Shown: positions 25,201 through 36,256 of the stretch, piece after piece
How the letters are laid out: each line of letters begins with the position of its first letter
Position numbering within the stretch: the first letter of the stretch is position 1
Assembly: GCF_041146345.1 (NCBI RefSeq)
Contig: NW_027191417.1
Coordinates: forward strand, 744,001 to 808,000
Origin: Neodothiora populina
Lineage: Eukaryota
Reading direction: 5' to 3'
Length of the DNA stretch: 64,000 nt
Translations under genes and position numbers: made by a program
Notes under the pieces: generated by a model
Seen by the model: the letters and a program-made list of their open reading frames with translations, nothing else
The model's database searches: none
Told to the model about the DNA's origin: nothing

Positions 25201-25326
25201 TTTCAGGCTGATGCTCGAGTAAGTACTTCGAAGCGTCCAAGAAATTCAAAGATTGCTGACAGTATGACCAGGTATGCCCGTGTCATTGACGATAATCGTG
25301 AGAATATCGGATACTCCACTCCGTAG
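22212..25326 (+). CDS. Glycosyltransferase family 90 (CAP10-like) with a long multi-TM N-terminal region; 4 exons
   Basis: EYRRRYQIPPPPQFDKW, LPDMDLAFNIHDEPRV, WKYKYLLDLDGNAFSGRF, WLKPWVHYIP, RLMLE|YARV; introns about 22512-22563, 23125-23266, 25219-25271. Confidence 0.9.
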
Positions 25327-26104
25327 AGAAGCTCACACAAAACTTCAGAGAGAGGTCTCCAATACAAGAACATGGAAATTCCTTCTAATATCAGGAGCTG
25401 TGAGGCCGCCAGCATGAATGCGATTGATGCTCCAGAAAGTTCAAGGGCAGACAGGCTTGCCTTATTGCATAACACGAGTACCTGTTTTTGACAGGATGGT
25501 ATCGAGTGGCTGAGGAACTTATGATATGGCTCAATGCCACGAGTGAACAGACGGCTCAAGCATTGCCTTGCTGCTGGAGAAGCAAGACATTCTCTGTACA
25601 TATACACGTAATGCTACAGACTCAAAATGAATGTGAGCTGAGTGCGACAGACTTGAATGATCTGACAGATGCCGATTGAGGTACTACAGCCTGCTTCTAC
25701 TAGACTGTGTACCACCGTTCCCTCCATGACTTAGAGAGAACCAACCAGCACGACGAGGTTTAGATCTGCAATAAGCTTATAAGTGGCAGTCCTGCACTCG
25801 TGCCTGGCGCTGTCGTGTGACAGATACTACTGTATAACATGGAAGATATACGAAAAGTACAGTGTAGCAAGACCTTGTTGCATGCAACATGATCGCCTAT
25901 GAATGCACGGACCATTATATAAAAGAAAAAGCTTTTATAAAAACATCTGCTATATGTCAACGTGAACGTAGCAGAACTGAGAACAGTGCTGTTCTACACT
26001 AGTCATCTCATCGAAATTAAGTGAACGTCAGCTGGGTCTGAGATCGATTGCGATAATCAAGGTATTGAAGAATCCTATTAGTGAATCGTGTGGTATTGCC
26101 CATC

Positions 26105-27845
26105 ATGGCGGAGGCCCCCGAGTCGAGGGTACTTATTGTCATAACTGGTATGCATGCTCCGTCTTCTCTACCCTAAGTATACTTATCGTTGCGTAAGGTG
26201 GAACAATATGCATGCAACACTCAGATAATGGCCTGGTCCCAGTAAGTAAAAGTCACATTTTCCACTGACTTTGTGTTTACTGACCTCCGTCACAGGCTTC
26301 AGGCTTCCTCAAATCCGGACTTGCCCCCCGACCAGCTTTCAATGATGGATCATATCCGGAACCACTTGAAATCGTGATCGATGACAATGGCAAGCGGAAA
26401 GCTGTACAGAGCTTGCGAACTCCCCTTAGCACTTATTCACGACGAGTTCGCTACAGTGTTCTCGAATTCGAAAATCTACTTGACAGTAGTAGCATTGATG
26501 CCGCAGGCTGGGATCAGATTGCTCGTGTCATCTACCGAAATTACCAACTCTACGATGGATTCGTGGTGCTACACGGAACGGACTCATTGGCTTATAGCAG
26601 CAGTGCACTGAGTTACATGCTCCAGAACCTTGGCAAGCCAGTCATCTTGACCGGATCTCAAGCACCCATCATGATGTTGCAGAGTGACGCGCAAGATAAC
26701 CTTCTTGGAGCTTTGGTGATAGCCGGTCATTTCATGATCCCAGAAGTGTGTCTGTTCTTTAATTTCAAGCTCTTCCGGGGAAATAGAGCAACGAAAGTAT
26801 CAGCGGATGACTTTAACGCTTTTGCGAGTCCAAACATGCCACCTTTGGCAACAGTCAGCAGCTCGAGGACGAATGTACAGTGGGATTTGGTTTACAGACA
26901 CAAGAACACCGCTCCCTTCTGTATTCAGTCAAACCTCGACACTGCCCATGTCGCGTGTCTGCGGGTCTTCCCTGGCATGAAGCCAGAAATGGTTGACTTG
27001 TTCCTGAAGACCGAAGGATTGAAAGGTCTTGTTCTGGAGACTTTCGGAGCTGGAAACACACCAGGGGGTCCTGATTCAATTATGACCAAGGTTCTAGCCG
27101 ACGCGGTCAAGAGGGGTATTGTCATTGTCAATGTCACGCAGTGTCTGAGTGGTAGCGTGAGCCCCTTGTATGCTCCAGCCACAATCCTAGGACGAGTCGG
27201 GGTTGTTTTCGGTCAGGATATGACCACTGAGGCGGCCCTGACAAAGTTGGCCTACCTGCTCGCGCTTCCCAATGCTACCCCTCAAGTGGTCGCAAAGTGG
27301 ATGTCAGTGTCTGTCCGTGGTGAGCTTACTGAGACGTCGAGGACTCATTTCGAGCACCCGAAGAGTGGAGACCTGACTCCAGAGGTATCAAATCTGACTG
27401 CACTTGGATATGCGATCCAAGACGGAGATTTAGGGGGTGTGCGAGAAATTGTCAGGAGAGAGTCCCGATGGCTTCTCAACGATGCGGACTACTCCGGCAA
27501 CACACCGATGGTATGTCTGGTCTTCACGCTGATTGATGCTTTGCAAAGATATTGGACACGATCAAGCTGACACAATTGTCCCCGCAGCATCTTGCTGCCA
27601 CAGGCCCAAATGTAGACATACTTCGCGAATTTCTCAACGACGGTGCCAGCGTACATTTGCGCAACAGGTCGGGACGGACACCACTTTTCCTCGCAGCGCG
27701 TGCTGGGATGAAGGAGAATGTCGAAGTCTTACGGGCAGCTGGAGCTCATCTACACTCAAATGAGATTCCTACTGCCAAAGTACTGGCACAGTCAGGAGAG
27801 AACACGGAAGTATGGCAGCTTGCTGGTGTTGACAACAGCGATTGA
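26105..27845 (+). CDS. Type I L-asparaginase with C-terminal ankyrin repeats (60-kDa lysophospholipase-like); 4 exons
   Basis: VITG|GTICM, LLDSS, HGTDSLAY, VILTGSQ, RGNRATK, ETFGAGN, DMTTEAALTKL; ankyrin GNTPM|HLAA and GRTPLFLAA. Confidence 0.93.
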
Positions 27846-28632
27846 ACGGAGATTCATGGATGTGCCACAACATGCACAACAGATGAGCTGACCGGCATCT
27901 TCGCCAGTAGATTTACCTCTAGCAGACGGTCACATTATTGGGTCTATGGTATATACAGCTTCCGGATTGGAACCAAAAGCTTGAAGCACACTAAGCTGGA
28001 CACTTGCCAAACGGAATCGATCTGTCGTCACGACATCATACAATATGCTGGAGACTAAGAGGACGACAAACACCAGTACACAACATCAACGCACTGTACG
28101 AAATCCGCTTGCGAGAATAGCAGCGGAACATCATACCGGAGTTCGAAGGTGACTGCGAACATAGGATTGACGCTCGATTACGTGGACGAGCTACGGTAAA
28201 CACACGCGATGGCTAGCTACACAGCCCCTTGATCACAGCGGCGCAGATGAGTAGACTGATAAAGGCATATGGTCTAATTTCCCGTGTATCGGCAACCTAC
28301 AACAATCATGCCACTGTGAATGTTGATCAAATGCCGCTCGCTTGCTAGAAAACAGGGCCAGACTATCTTTAGGTAGATTAAGATTAGGGAAATGTAAAAT
28401 TGAGCCAATACAAAAGTATAGATCCACAATTGCGTTGCACACCCACGCACACCACACTATATCATCACTCTTCAATGCCGGATATTGTGCGGTAGACATA
28501 TAAAATATCATTGTATCAGGTTGCTTATACATATAGCAAGACAAACCTCACAGGCCAGCCACTCATGTGCCTGTTTCTCCTCTAATCAAACAGATCTCAT
28601 CAAAGAGCAAACTAGGTCAAGAAGTAAGAAGC

Positions 28633-28651
28633 AAAAATAAAACGATAAAAA
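28633..28651 (-). terminator. Pol III oligo-T terminator for the tRNA-Arg unit
   Basis: TTTTT ATCG TTTT A TTTTT on the minus strand; first T-run of 4 or more after the tRNA. Confidence 0.75.
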
Positions 28652-28657
28652 TTATGT

Positions 28658-28707
28658 TGGCTAATGCGGGAATCTAACCCGCTTACCTAGGCAACCTTGC
28701 TTGGAAG
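28658..28707 (-). pseudogene. tRNA-like 3' half (Gly-TCC-like loop, T arm, acceptor strand) joined to the tRNA-Arg 3' end
   Basis: CTTCCAAGCAAG-GTTGCCTAGGTAA-GCGGG TTAGATT CCCGC-ATTAGCCA. Confidence 0.55.
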
Positions 28708-28779
28708 CACCCAACGTGGGGCTCGAACCCACAGCCTTCAGATTAGAAGTCTGACGCGCTACCATTGCGCCAGCCGGGC
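28708..28779 (-). tRNA. tRNA-Arg, anticodon TCT (UCU), intronless
   Basis: GCCCGGCTGGCGCAATGGTAGCGCGTCAGACTTCTAATCTGAAGGCTGTGGGTTCGAGCCCCACGTTGGGTG folds as a cloverleaf; anticodon loop CT-TCT-AA; A and B boxes intact. Confidence 0.95.
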
Positions 28780-30544
28780 AGGCTTGTTATTGAAGCTTGA
28801 GGTGGACATTCAATGATATAATGCTTTGGTTGAATGTGCGATAACCTGAGGGGTGTTGGCTCAATATTCCTCCTTACTTTAAGCTCCAAGGTATCACTGT
28901 GAGGTGCATTGCTTCATTCGTCATGAGCAACCAACGAAAAACTTCATTCACGATATGGACATCACTCTATTGACTCATTGTGCAATATACTAAGTTTGGA
29001 ATACATGATATTGGCATCTAGCATTTTGCCTCCTGCGTCATGTAAAGCAGATTACACTTTACAGGGTGGTGTAAGCCACCTGCACTTTGAATATACGTTT
29101 CATAGAAGCCTACCGGGACATATTGGCATGACAATATAACGGAATGGCCCCCCTCTTGCACACAATATCCACGACACTGGATCTATCTATTGATCAAACA
29201 AGCAGAAAAATAATTTCTCCCAGGCAGGTCAATCCGGAAGGTAAGGTATCCATGTATCGCCTCCACGACTTTCTCCGAGGTGTTCTTGGCCGACCAGCGA
29301 GTTACGCGAGCCAATAAGAAGATATAACGACGGTCTCGAATTTTCGCGGTGCGGACGACGTTGGTCTACTATTATACATCTGGGACAAAAAACGGCGGCA
29401 GGTGGTGTCACGAGAATCAATTCTGACATAATGCACCTTCAGCTGCATGACATGGATGTGCAATGCAGACCATCCATACTACGACTCCGATCTGACTGCA
29501 TGCTCGAGGCTGGTTTGCTGTGGAGTAAGCAACGACAAAAAATATGGCGAAGTGTGAGATACGATGATCGGGTGTCTGCTTGCCATAGCAACCATCTCAT
29601 TGTCGGCGTCCTGCGGCGCATTGGCCCCTGGCGGGGGCCATGATTATCTGGAGGATAAACTCGACGCAGGGGTAATGACAGCAGGAGTTGGATGGTATAC
29701 GAGATATGAATCATAGAGGCACATTCAAGACTTATGTGGATTCGAAGCAAAGAAATAAATTGACCGCTTATCTGCTCTATGGAACGGGCGTGATGCAATT
29801 TTTGCTTGCTGTGAGACCTTATCCGTCATATTCTGTCGCTAGGAGCGGATTCATCTATAAGGAATATTTCCGTTGGCTGCTCGACGACGTTTTAGAAGCG
29901 TTGAGAGAAACGTTCTTGGGAGTCGTTCAGGTCGACGGGTGAAGTGTGGGGCGTCGTTGAGAATCGTGGGCGACCCTGGTGATGCCCTTTCACCCATCAC
30001 CATGCATGTTGTTGCCAACGTTTTTCTCGAGATGAAATCGCCATCCAGGGGGTCTGTTGTGTTCATCAACTTGAGTGGACAGCAGCGTAAGCAGATACGA
30101 GGGTCTAGGCCTGCAAATCCTGAGTATGCTCTGGAATATGAGAAGCATAGAGAAGAAGCCGCTGAGAGTCTACAGACGGCTAGAAGGGCCGATCGGAAGT
30201 CTTACGAGGTGGTATGAGCAGCTTTCTTGTGATGAACTCTGAATCGTGGAGCAGGAGTTCATTCCACAACGGCCATACATGAGGAAGCCATGCGTGGTAC
30301 GACAAATACTCCAAGCATAGTCGACAAGCAATTGCAGAGCGAAGCTCTTCTGTAACGGAGCCCAGACACACCTGTTGGAAACCCAATGTCGTCAGAATTC
30401 ATATCGAGCGTAAACATATTAGTCTATGCGTAATGACCGCCCTTTAGAACTAGACGAGAGGAAGAACATGCTCTACGACAGTACAACAACAAAGTCCAGA
30501 GATGATGTGTTCGGAGCGATACCGCGAAAATAAGCTCATCAATG

Positions 30545-31030
30545 CTAATTCTTCTTCTTGTGAGACGAGGCAGCTTTAAGTCCCAATCCTAGTAGGAATG
30601 CCGTGCGAAATGTTGCTCCAGCATAGACAAAGCCTAGATTGCCCCAATACATTGCGTTCCATTCCCAGAATCTCCAGTAAACGTCAAAGCCTACGCTGTT
30701 AACACTGTAGAGATGACCAAAATCTGCGAGGAGGAGACCGAAGAGGAAGACCTTCCAGACACGCAGGTTCGCAGTAGACCGCAGAACCAAAGCCTCGTTT
30801 AGAGCAAAGACAGCGTACATGTTGGCAAGCTGCGATAAGACAATACTCTCCCGCGTTGAAGGCCCGAGCAGCGAAGTTTGCGCAGAAGTGTAAGTCATTT
30901 GCAGATAAGCCTGCTGCTGGAAGTGTGCATAGTATGCACCCACAGCTGTCGCAACAGGCTCGATGTAGAGGAAGAACAGACGGTAGACAAGGGGAATGTC
31001 TGAGACATCAGCCGGAGCCACGTGTGCCAT
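30545..31030 (-). CDS. Small multi-TM membrane protein of unknown function
   Basis: 161-aa intronless ORF with about 4 hydrophobic segments (YRLFFLYIEP, QLANMYAVFALNEALVLR, LLLADFGHL, WGNLGFVY). Confidence 0.8.
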   Translation of the reverse strand: MAHVAPADVSDIPLVYRLFFLYIEPVATAVGAYYAHFQQQAYLQMTYTSAQTSLLGPSTRESIVLSQLANMYAVFALNEALVLRSTANLRVWKVFLFGLLLADFGHLYSVNSVGFDVYWRFWEWNAMYWGNLGFVYAGATFRTAFLLGLGLKAASSHKKKN

Positions 31031-31444
31031 GGTCGTCCAAAGAAGCTATTGGAGTTTGTCGACTGTGGTCTCGGGAAAGCGGGAGGTCGAGCGCAGCTCA
31101 GAGGATGGGAAGAGGAAAACACACAACAGCAGTATGGTTGGTCAAGGTAGGATGGTTCGTGAGTCCCGCAGTGGTTGAGGATGATCAGTGGGGGAAGGAC
31201 CGCGGGTAATGATCGTACGGTCACAGGCGTTGCCGGATAGGGGTTGGGACAGCGTGGAAGGCAGCGTAGAAAGCGTGGAAGTCACGGAGAGTTCGGTCGT
31301 CTTGGAAACAAGTGTTGTGCAAGCGAGAGCACAGTTCAGCTACACTTAATGTGACTGCCGCAGGCGAGGTGAGACAGCTATGTCAGGTCGGAGTGCCAAG
31401 CGAAAAGGAGCCAATGTCTCGCACCGAGCTGCGTGCCTATGATT

Positions 31445-31476
<32 letters not shown>
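31445..31476. repeat. (GAT)n microsatellite, intergenic
   Basis: About ten ATG/GAT units read directly. Confidence 0.95.
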
Positions 31477-33441
31477 AACAATAATAAAAGCGTGTCTTAG
31501 GGAGGTCTCAAAAGAAGGCAGCGAGTGGCGCAAAAGACCGAGGGTCGGATGCTAGACGCTAATACGCGAACTGACTAGCGGTGTTGACCGTTGCCAAGGA
31601 AAAAGATGGATTCGAGCATTCGAAGCAAATCCCAATTCGCTGTGAAACCGTGGTCATGCTGCGAAGCAAGGCTGACAGTGTGCAAAGGCCGAATCTTGCA
31701 GATTCGTTGCTGAAAAAGTGACTGATGCAGACAAAACTATTCTAGGACTTGCAATCTGTGTGAGAAAAGACCTGGTTCTTGCCTGTAGTGGGTACGAAGG
31801 TACCGCGAAAGGATTTAAATGTAGGTAATATCGATTCATGCTGGTCGAGCACCACCAGTCGATCAGACCAGGTTTCGAAGGAAAATTGAAGGATGAACTT
31901 ACGAGCTCTGAAGGTAAATCACCCTTTTGATTGCAATCGGGAGCAGACCACCGTCTCCGAGTCGAAGAGATTTGTGTAAGGTTCTATTGTACTCGACCGC
32001 GAGTTTTGAGGTACTGTACAGTACAGCGGACATGGTCACTGTACTGTATACATTCTTCGTAATCCGCAAAAGTTGGAACACCGCAGTGTTGTATGTAAGG
32101 AGGCAGAGTGGAGCAAGCAATCGTGCACTGTACAAGTGCAGGAGAATAGAGTACAAATAGCTTGGTTCGACCATGCACCACCCTACTGCACCTACCCAGA
32201 GGCTGAGTTTAGCACGGCAACGGGACGCCAGGTTGATTTGCGGCCGGCGTGAAAGACTAAGTGTGTGAGGAGTCCATCTCTGCCCGGGTCAGCAAAGCAA
32301 ATTCGGCAGGGCGAGTTGCTGGCCAATACCGGTTGGCTCTCGCGCCGCCCTCGCTGCATCTTATCTTCGAGGTCGCCTCTGCGTGCTTCCGGTGTGCTGG
32401 TGTCCTTCACTACCTTGCTTCATGAATCTTTTTTTCTCCGCTACCCGTAGTGTGAGGTACCTACATACTGTACAAAGCGCCAAGTCAGGTAGACGTAGCT
32501 GATGTAACGACTGTGCAGGACGACCTAACCATCATACTCTGACACTCGTACCGCACGCGGCAGCAAAGCCCAACAGCGGTTCCAGCGAGACAAATTCACG
32601 CGCTACCCGTACCAGCAGAAACGTTCGCACTTTGTCTCCCTCTTCCCTCCCCGTTGCGATTGTGCCACCCAACTTAGCTGCTCTTGTACTCGTCGCCCCA
32701 GTACGCCATCCACCTGCTCTGCAACTGCTTGTGCGCCAGCGAAAGGCCGCTAAATTGTCTCTCTCTGTCGAAACTTACCTGATCTTTTTAGCTACAAGGC
32801 TATCCAACACTATCCAAAACGAGCAGGCCGAGCGAGGCTTCAACCCAGCTTTCGTCTCAGCGTTTCGACGCAGGTATATATCGTCGGACAACGCTTTATC
32901 GCATCGAATCGCAGCTAGTCACCCCTACCTTGCCTTACCTTACTTCCTTCCCCGGTCTTTGCAGTTTAAGCGTCATACTTTATCTCTCAACATCTCCTTC
33001 ATTCCCCTTTCGACTTTTTTCCATTCTTGCTACCACGCATCTTCGCATATCGGTCTCAAAACGGCCAACACGCTCTTTCAATCCGTGCATATAGCATACA
33101 ATCCAATTCAGTATTGAGTCAACTCACCCTGAGTCTGTCTCTACCTCCACCGTCACCCGCTCGAGTGCCTTCTCTCGTCATCAGCGTCAACGTCAACACT
33201 TGTCCCCGCAACACCACATCACTCGGATTGTCATCATCGTCGACGACACCTCACACTCACTCGTTCTGCTTGTTCATTACGAATTGACTCTCGCTCCTGG
33301 TCTATTCCACGGGATTTATTTGTTTTTCTTTCAGACGACGCACGCATCATCCGACGCTTGGTCCCGGAACATCGGCTTAGCAACCGGCGCGACACACAAA
33401 CCCATCTCGCAGCCCGACCAGAGTTACAACCACAACTAACC

Positions 33442-35865
33442 ATGGCCTCCGCAGACGAGTCACTCGCTCGTGTTCATGCGTTGCACAGACAGTACTTTGG
33501 AGATAGAGCCACCGACAGTTCGCTAACGCGGCCTCTGACTTCGCCCATAATTCCTCCCATCTCTGACGAGGAAGTCATTTTCAGCAACCCTTTCTCGTCA
33601 CATAACCAAAACAGCACATCACCCATCCCCATACCGTTTCCCCAGCGAGCCCCAATTTTTGCGTATGCCGAGCCTGGAACCACTACGGCCTCCGCACCCG
33701 TACCGCTACCCATGAACGCCGCTGCACTCACGACAGCGCAACCGGATCTTCAAGCGCCACGACGAGCGCCTACTGCGGGCATATTCAGACAAATCGACTG
33801 GAAAAGCGACGACCAAAGACACTACGGACACGGCTCTACCCTCAAACGTGCCCCGTCTGCATCTTCAAGCGCCAGCGGCAGCACCAAGGTCAAGGCCCAG
33901 AAGGAGGACGGCATCTTCAGGAAGACGTCACAAAGATGTACTAAGATCTCACGGGCGATCATGGGCAGATCTAGACGGCCAAGTGGAAGTGAACTGATGG
34001 AAGGCGTGGAAGCTTCTTCCGCATCAGAAAACACCATACTGGCTATTCCGGCATCGAACGCAGGAATGCCATACATACAGGGCCTGTCGCGACTACCCGC
34101 TAGAATTGGCGCTCTCTCGAAGCAGCCACGCCACGACACACCTCAACCCATCAACGGAGAGATTCCCCAACGCAACCACTACCCGGTTCCAGTCTCTGCC
34201 GTCGGTTCCTCTGTGCTTCCTCCTCACCTAGCTCAACACCGCTACACCGCACAGCACTTCATGGCCCCTGACAACTTTGGTGGCGAGGCTGCGAGACGTG
34301 CTGCCGCTGCCACGAATGGTGCACGCTACTATCAGAACCCACAAGCTGCAGTGGCGATGCCAACGTCACGTCCAGATTACCAGATCAGGAGAGATTCATA
34401 TCGCAGGTCCATCAGCAGCATGCCTAATGCTTCCGATAGCGGTGCAGATCTCGCTTCCGGCGCTGACATTGACATGATTGATATCGAGAAGGTCGCTCCC
34501 GTGAAGATCGACCCCGTCACCGCTCTACCTACCGAGATTGTTACCCTCGTCTTCTCACATCTGGATGCAAAGTCACTCAAGCAATGCCGTGCAGTCACAA
34601 GAAGCTGGGCGGCACTGGCTGTCGACCCCCTCATCTGGAGAGAGCAATATCTCCAACAGTTCGAGAAGCGTGTCTACGTAGACCCAGCACCCATTCAGAT
34701 CGGTGGCACAGGCATGGGTCGTCCGGATCAGCCCATCCAGCCTTGGCAGTTGATGCACGATGCCCGTAACAAGATCAATCAGAATTGGGCTAAGGGCGAG
34801 AACGGTGGTAAGGCTGTGTACCTTTCAGGTCACACCGACTCCGTGTACTGCGTCCAATTCGACGAAGACAAGATCATCACCGGCTCTCGTGATCGCACCA
34901 TCCGTGTCTGGGATATCAACACTTTCAGATGTCTGCGTGTCATCGGAGGTCCTACTGTCAGACCTACCCCCGGACCAAAGCGCTTACGCACTGTCGAGCC
35001 TTCCAAGCTGCTCGGCACTGTCGAGTCTGTCAATGGCACACGCGAGGGTGATGAAATTTACCATATCCCTTCAGATTTCCACAGCGCCAGTATTTTGTGT
35101 CTGCAGTATGATGACGAGATCTTGGTCACTGGATCCAGTGACAACGACCTTCTTGTCTGGGACATCAAGACCTTCGAGCCCATCCGCCGCCTGAAGCGCC
35201 ACGGAGGTGGTGTCCTTGATGTTGCCTTCGACTCCAAGCACATTGTTTCTTGCTCTAAGGATTGCACCATTGTCGTTTGGGATCGCCACACCCTTGAACC
35301 CATCCTGTCCCTGACTGGACACCGTGGACCTGTCAACGCTGTTCAGCTGCGCGGTAACCTCTTGGTCTCTGCTTCTGGTGATGGTGTAGCTCGCCTGTGG
35401 GACCTCACGAAGATGGAGAGTATCCGCGAGTTCCCCCAGAAGGAACGTGGTCTTGCCGCCGTCGAGTTCAGCGATGATGCCAAGTTTGTTCTCGCTGGAG
35501 GCAACGATCACATCACCTATAAATTCGACGTAGCCACTGGAGCCGAAGTTAAGACATTCACGGGCCATACTCAACTCGTACGCTCGCTTTTCCTTGACAC
35601 GCAGAACCGTCGCGTAGTGAGCGGTTCGTACGATCTCGATCTTCGCGTCTACGATTGCGACAGTGGTGAACTGCTCGGACGTTTCGCCGAGTGGACTACT
35701 TCCTGGATGTTGGCTGCTAAGAGCGATTACCGCCGAATTGTATCCACCAGCCAGGATGGTCGTATTCTGATCATTGATTTTGGCCGAGATGAGAACAACA
35801 ACCTGATTCCTGGGGTTAAGATGCTTGAATCGAAGAACTACCCTGAGCCGTGCTTCACCTACTAA
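33442..35865 (+). CDS. F-box/WD40 SCF substrate adaptor, beta-TrCP/FWD-1-like
   Basis: F-box DPVTALPTEIVTLVFSHLD; WD40 repeats GHTDSVYCVQFDEDKIITGSRDRTIRVWD, GHRGPVNAVQL, GHTQLVRSL; first ATG 33442 (ACCATGG). Confidence 0.92.
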   Translation: MASADESLARVHALHRQYFGDRATDSSLTRPLTSPIIPPISDEEVIFSNPFSSHNQNSTSPIPIPFPQRAPIFAYAEPGTTTASAPVPLPMNAAALTTAQPDLQAPRRAPTAGIFRQIDWKSDDQRHYGHGSTLKRAPSASSSASGSTKVKAQKEDGIFRKTSQRCTKISRAIMGRSRRPSGSELMEGVEASSASENTILAIPASNAGMPYIQGLSRLPARIGALSKQPRHDTPQPINGEIPQRNHYPVPVSAVGSSVLPPHLAQHRYTAQHFMAPDNFGGEAARRAAAATNGARYYQNPQAAVAMPTSRPDYQIRRDSYRRSISSMPNASDSGADLASGADIDMIDIEKVAPVKIDPVTALPTEIVTLVFSHLDAKSLKQCRAVTRSWAALAVDPLIWREQYLQQFEKRVYVDPAPIQIGGTGMGRPDQPIQPWQLMHDARNKINQNWAKGENGGKAVYLSGHTDSVYCVQFDEDKIITGSRDRTIRVWDINTFRCLRVIGGPTVRPTPGPKRLRTVEPSKLLGTVESVNGTREGDEIYHIPSDFHSASILCLQYDDEILVTGSSDNDLLVWDIKTFEPIRRLKRHGGGVLDVAFDSKHIVSCSKDCTIVVWDRHTLEPILSLTGHRGPVNAVQLRGNLLVSASGDGVARLWDLTKMESIREFPQKERGLAAVEFSDDAKFVLAGGNDHITYKFDVATGAEVKTFTGHTQLVRSLFLDTQNRRVVSGSYDLDLRVYDCDSGELLGRFAEWTTSWMLAAKSDYRRIVSTSQDGRILIIDFGRDENNNLIPGVKMLESKNYPEPCFTY

Positions 35866-36256
35866 GCATGCATGGAATGGCTTTATGGGGGAGCCTAGCG
35901 CGGGACATCTGCGAGGGGGCTCAAGGGAAGGCGCGTTATGATGCTTGTGTGTTAACAAAGCATCAGGCGCATCTGTGCTTTAGTGTACTTGTTTTAGCGA
36001 GGGAATGGGAACTATGTTCGGGTAGCAGGCGTTTTTTCTCTGTCACAAAACCACTGGGCGTTCTGAGCATATGGGTCTTCAAGAGTACAACTGCGAGCGG
36101 GAATGAACAACGCTTATGCACATATTGACATTCTTTACCAAACCATCAACATTCCTAGAACCCGCGTGTCCCTTGTTCCAACGTGATTACAAAGTCGTAG
36201 TTTCCATATCGTGACGATCGAGTTTTGGAAGGGGCAAGTTATGCTTAATGTTAAGG

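Noticed and set aside
29690..30360. Fragments with faint ankyrin-like wording (LNRGAGVHSTTAIH, HNGHT), possible decayed gene
   Set aside because: Short, spread over frames and no coherent exon chain; needs BLASTX
35071..35958. 295-aa antisense ORF, and similar long shadow ORFs at 3067-3804 and 56686-58511
   Set aside because: Antisense to well-supported CDSs; expected from codon bias
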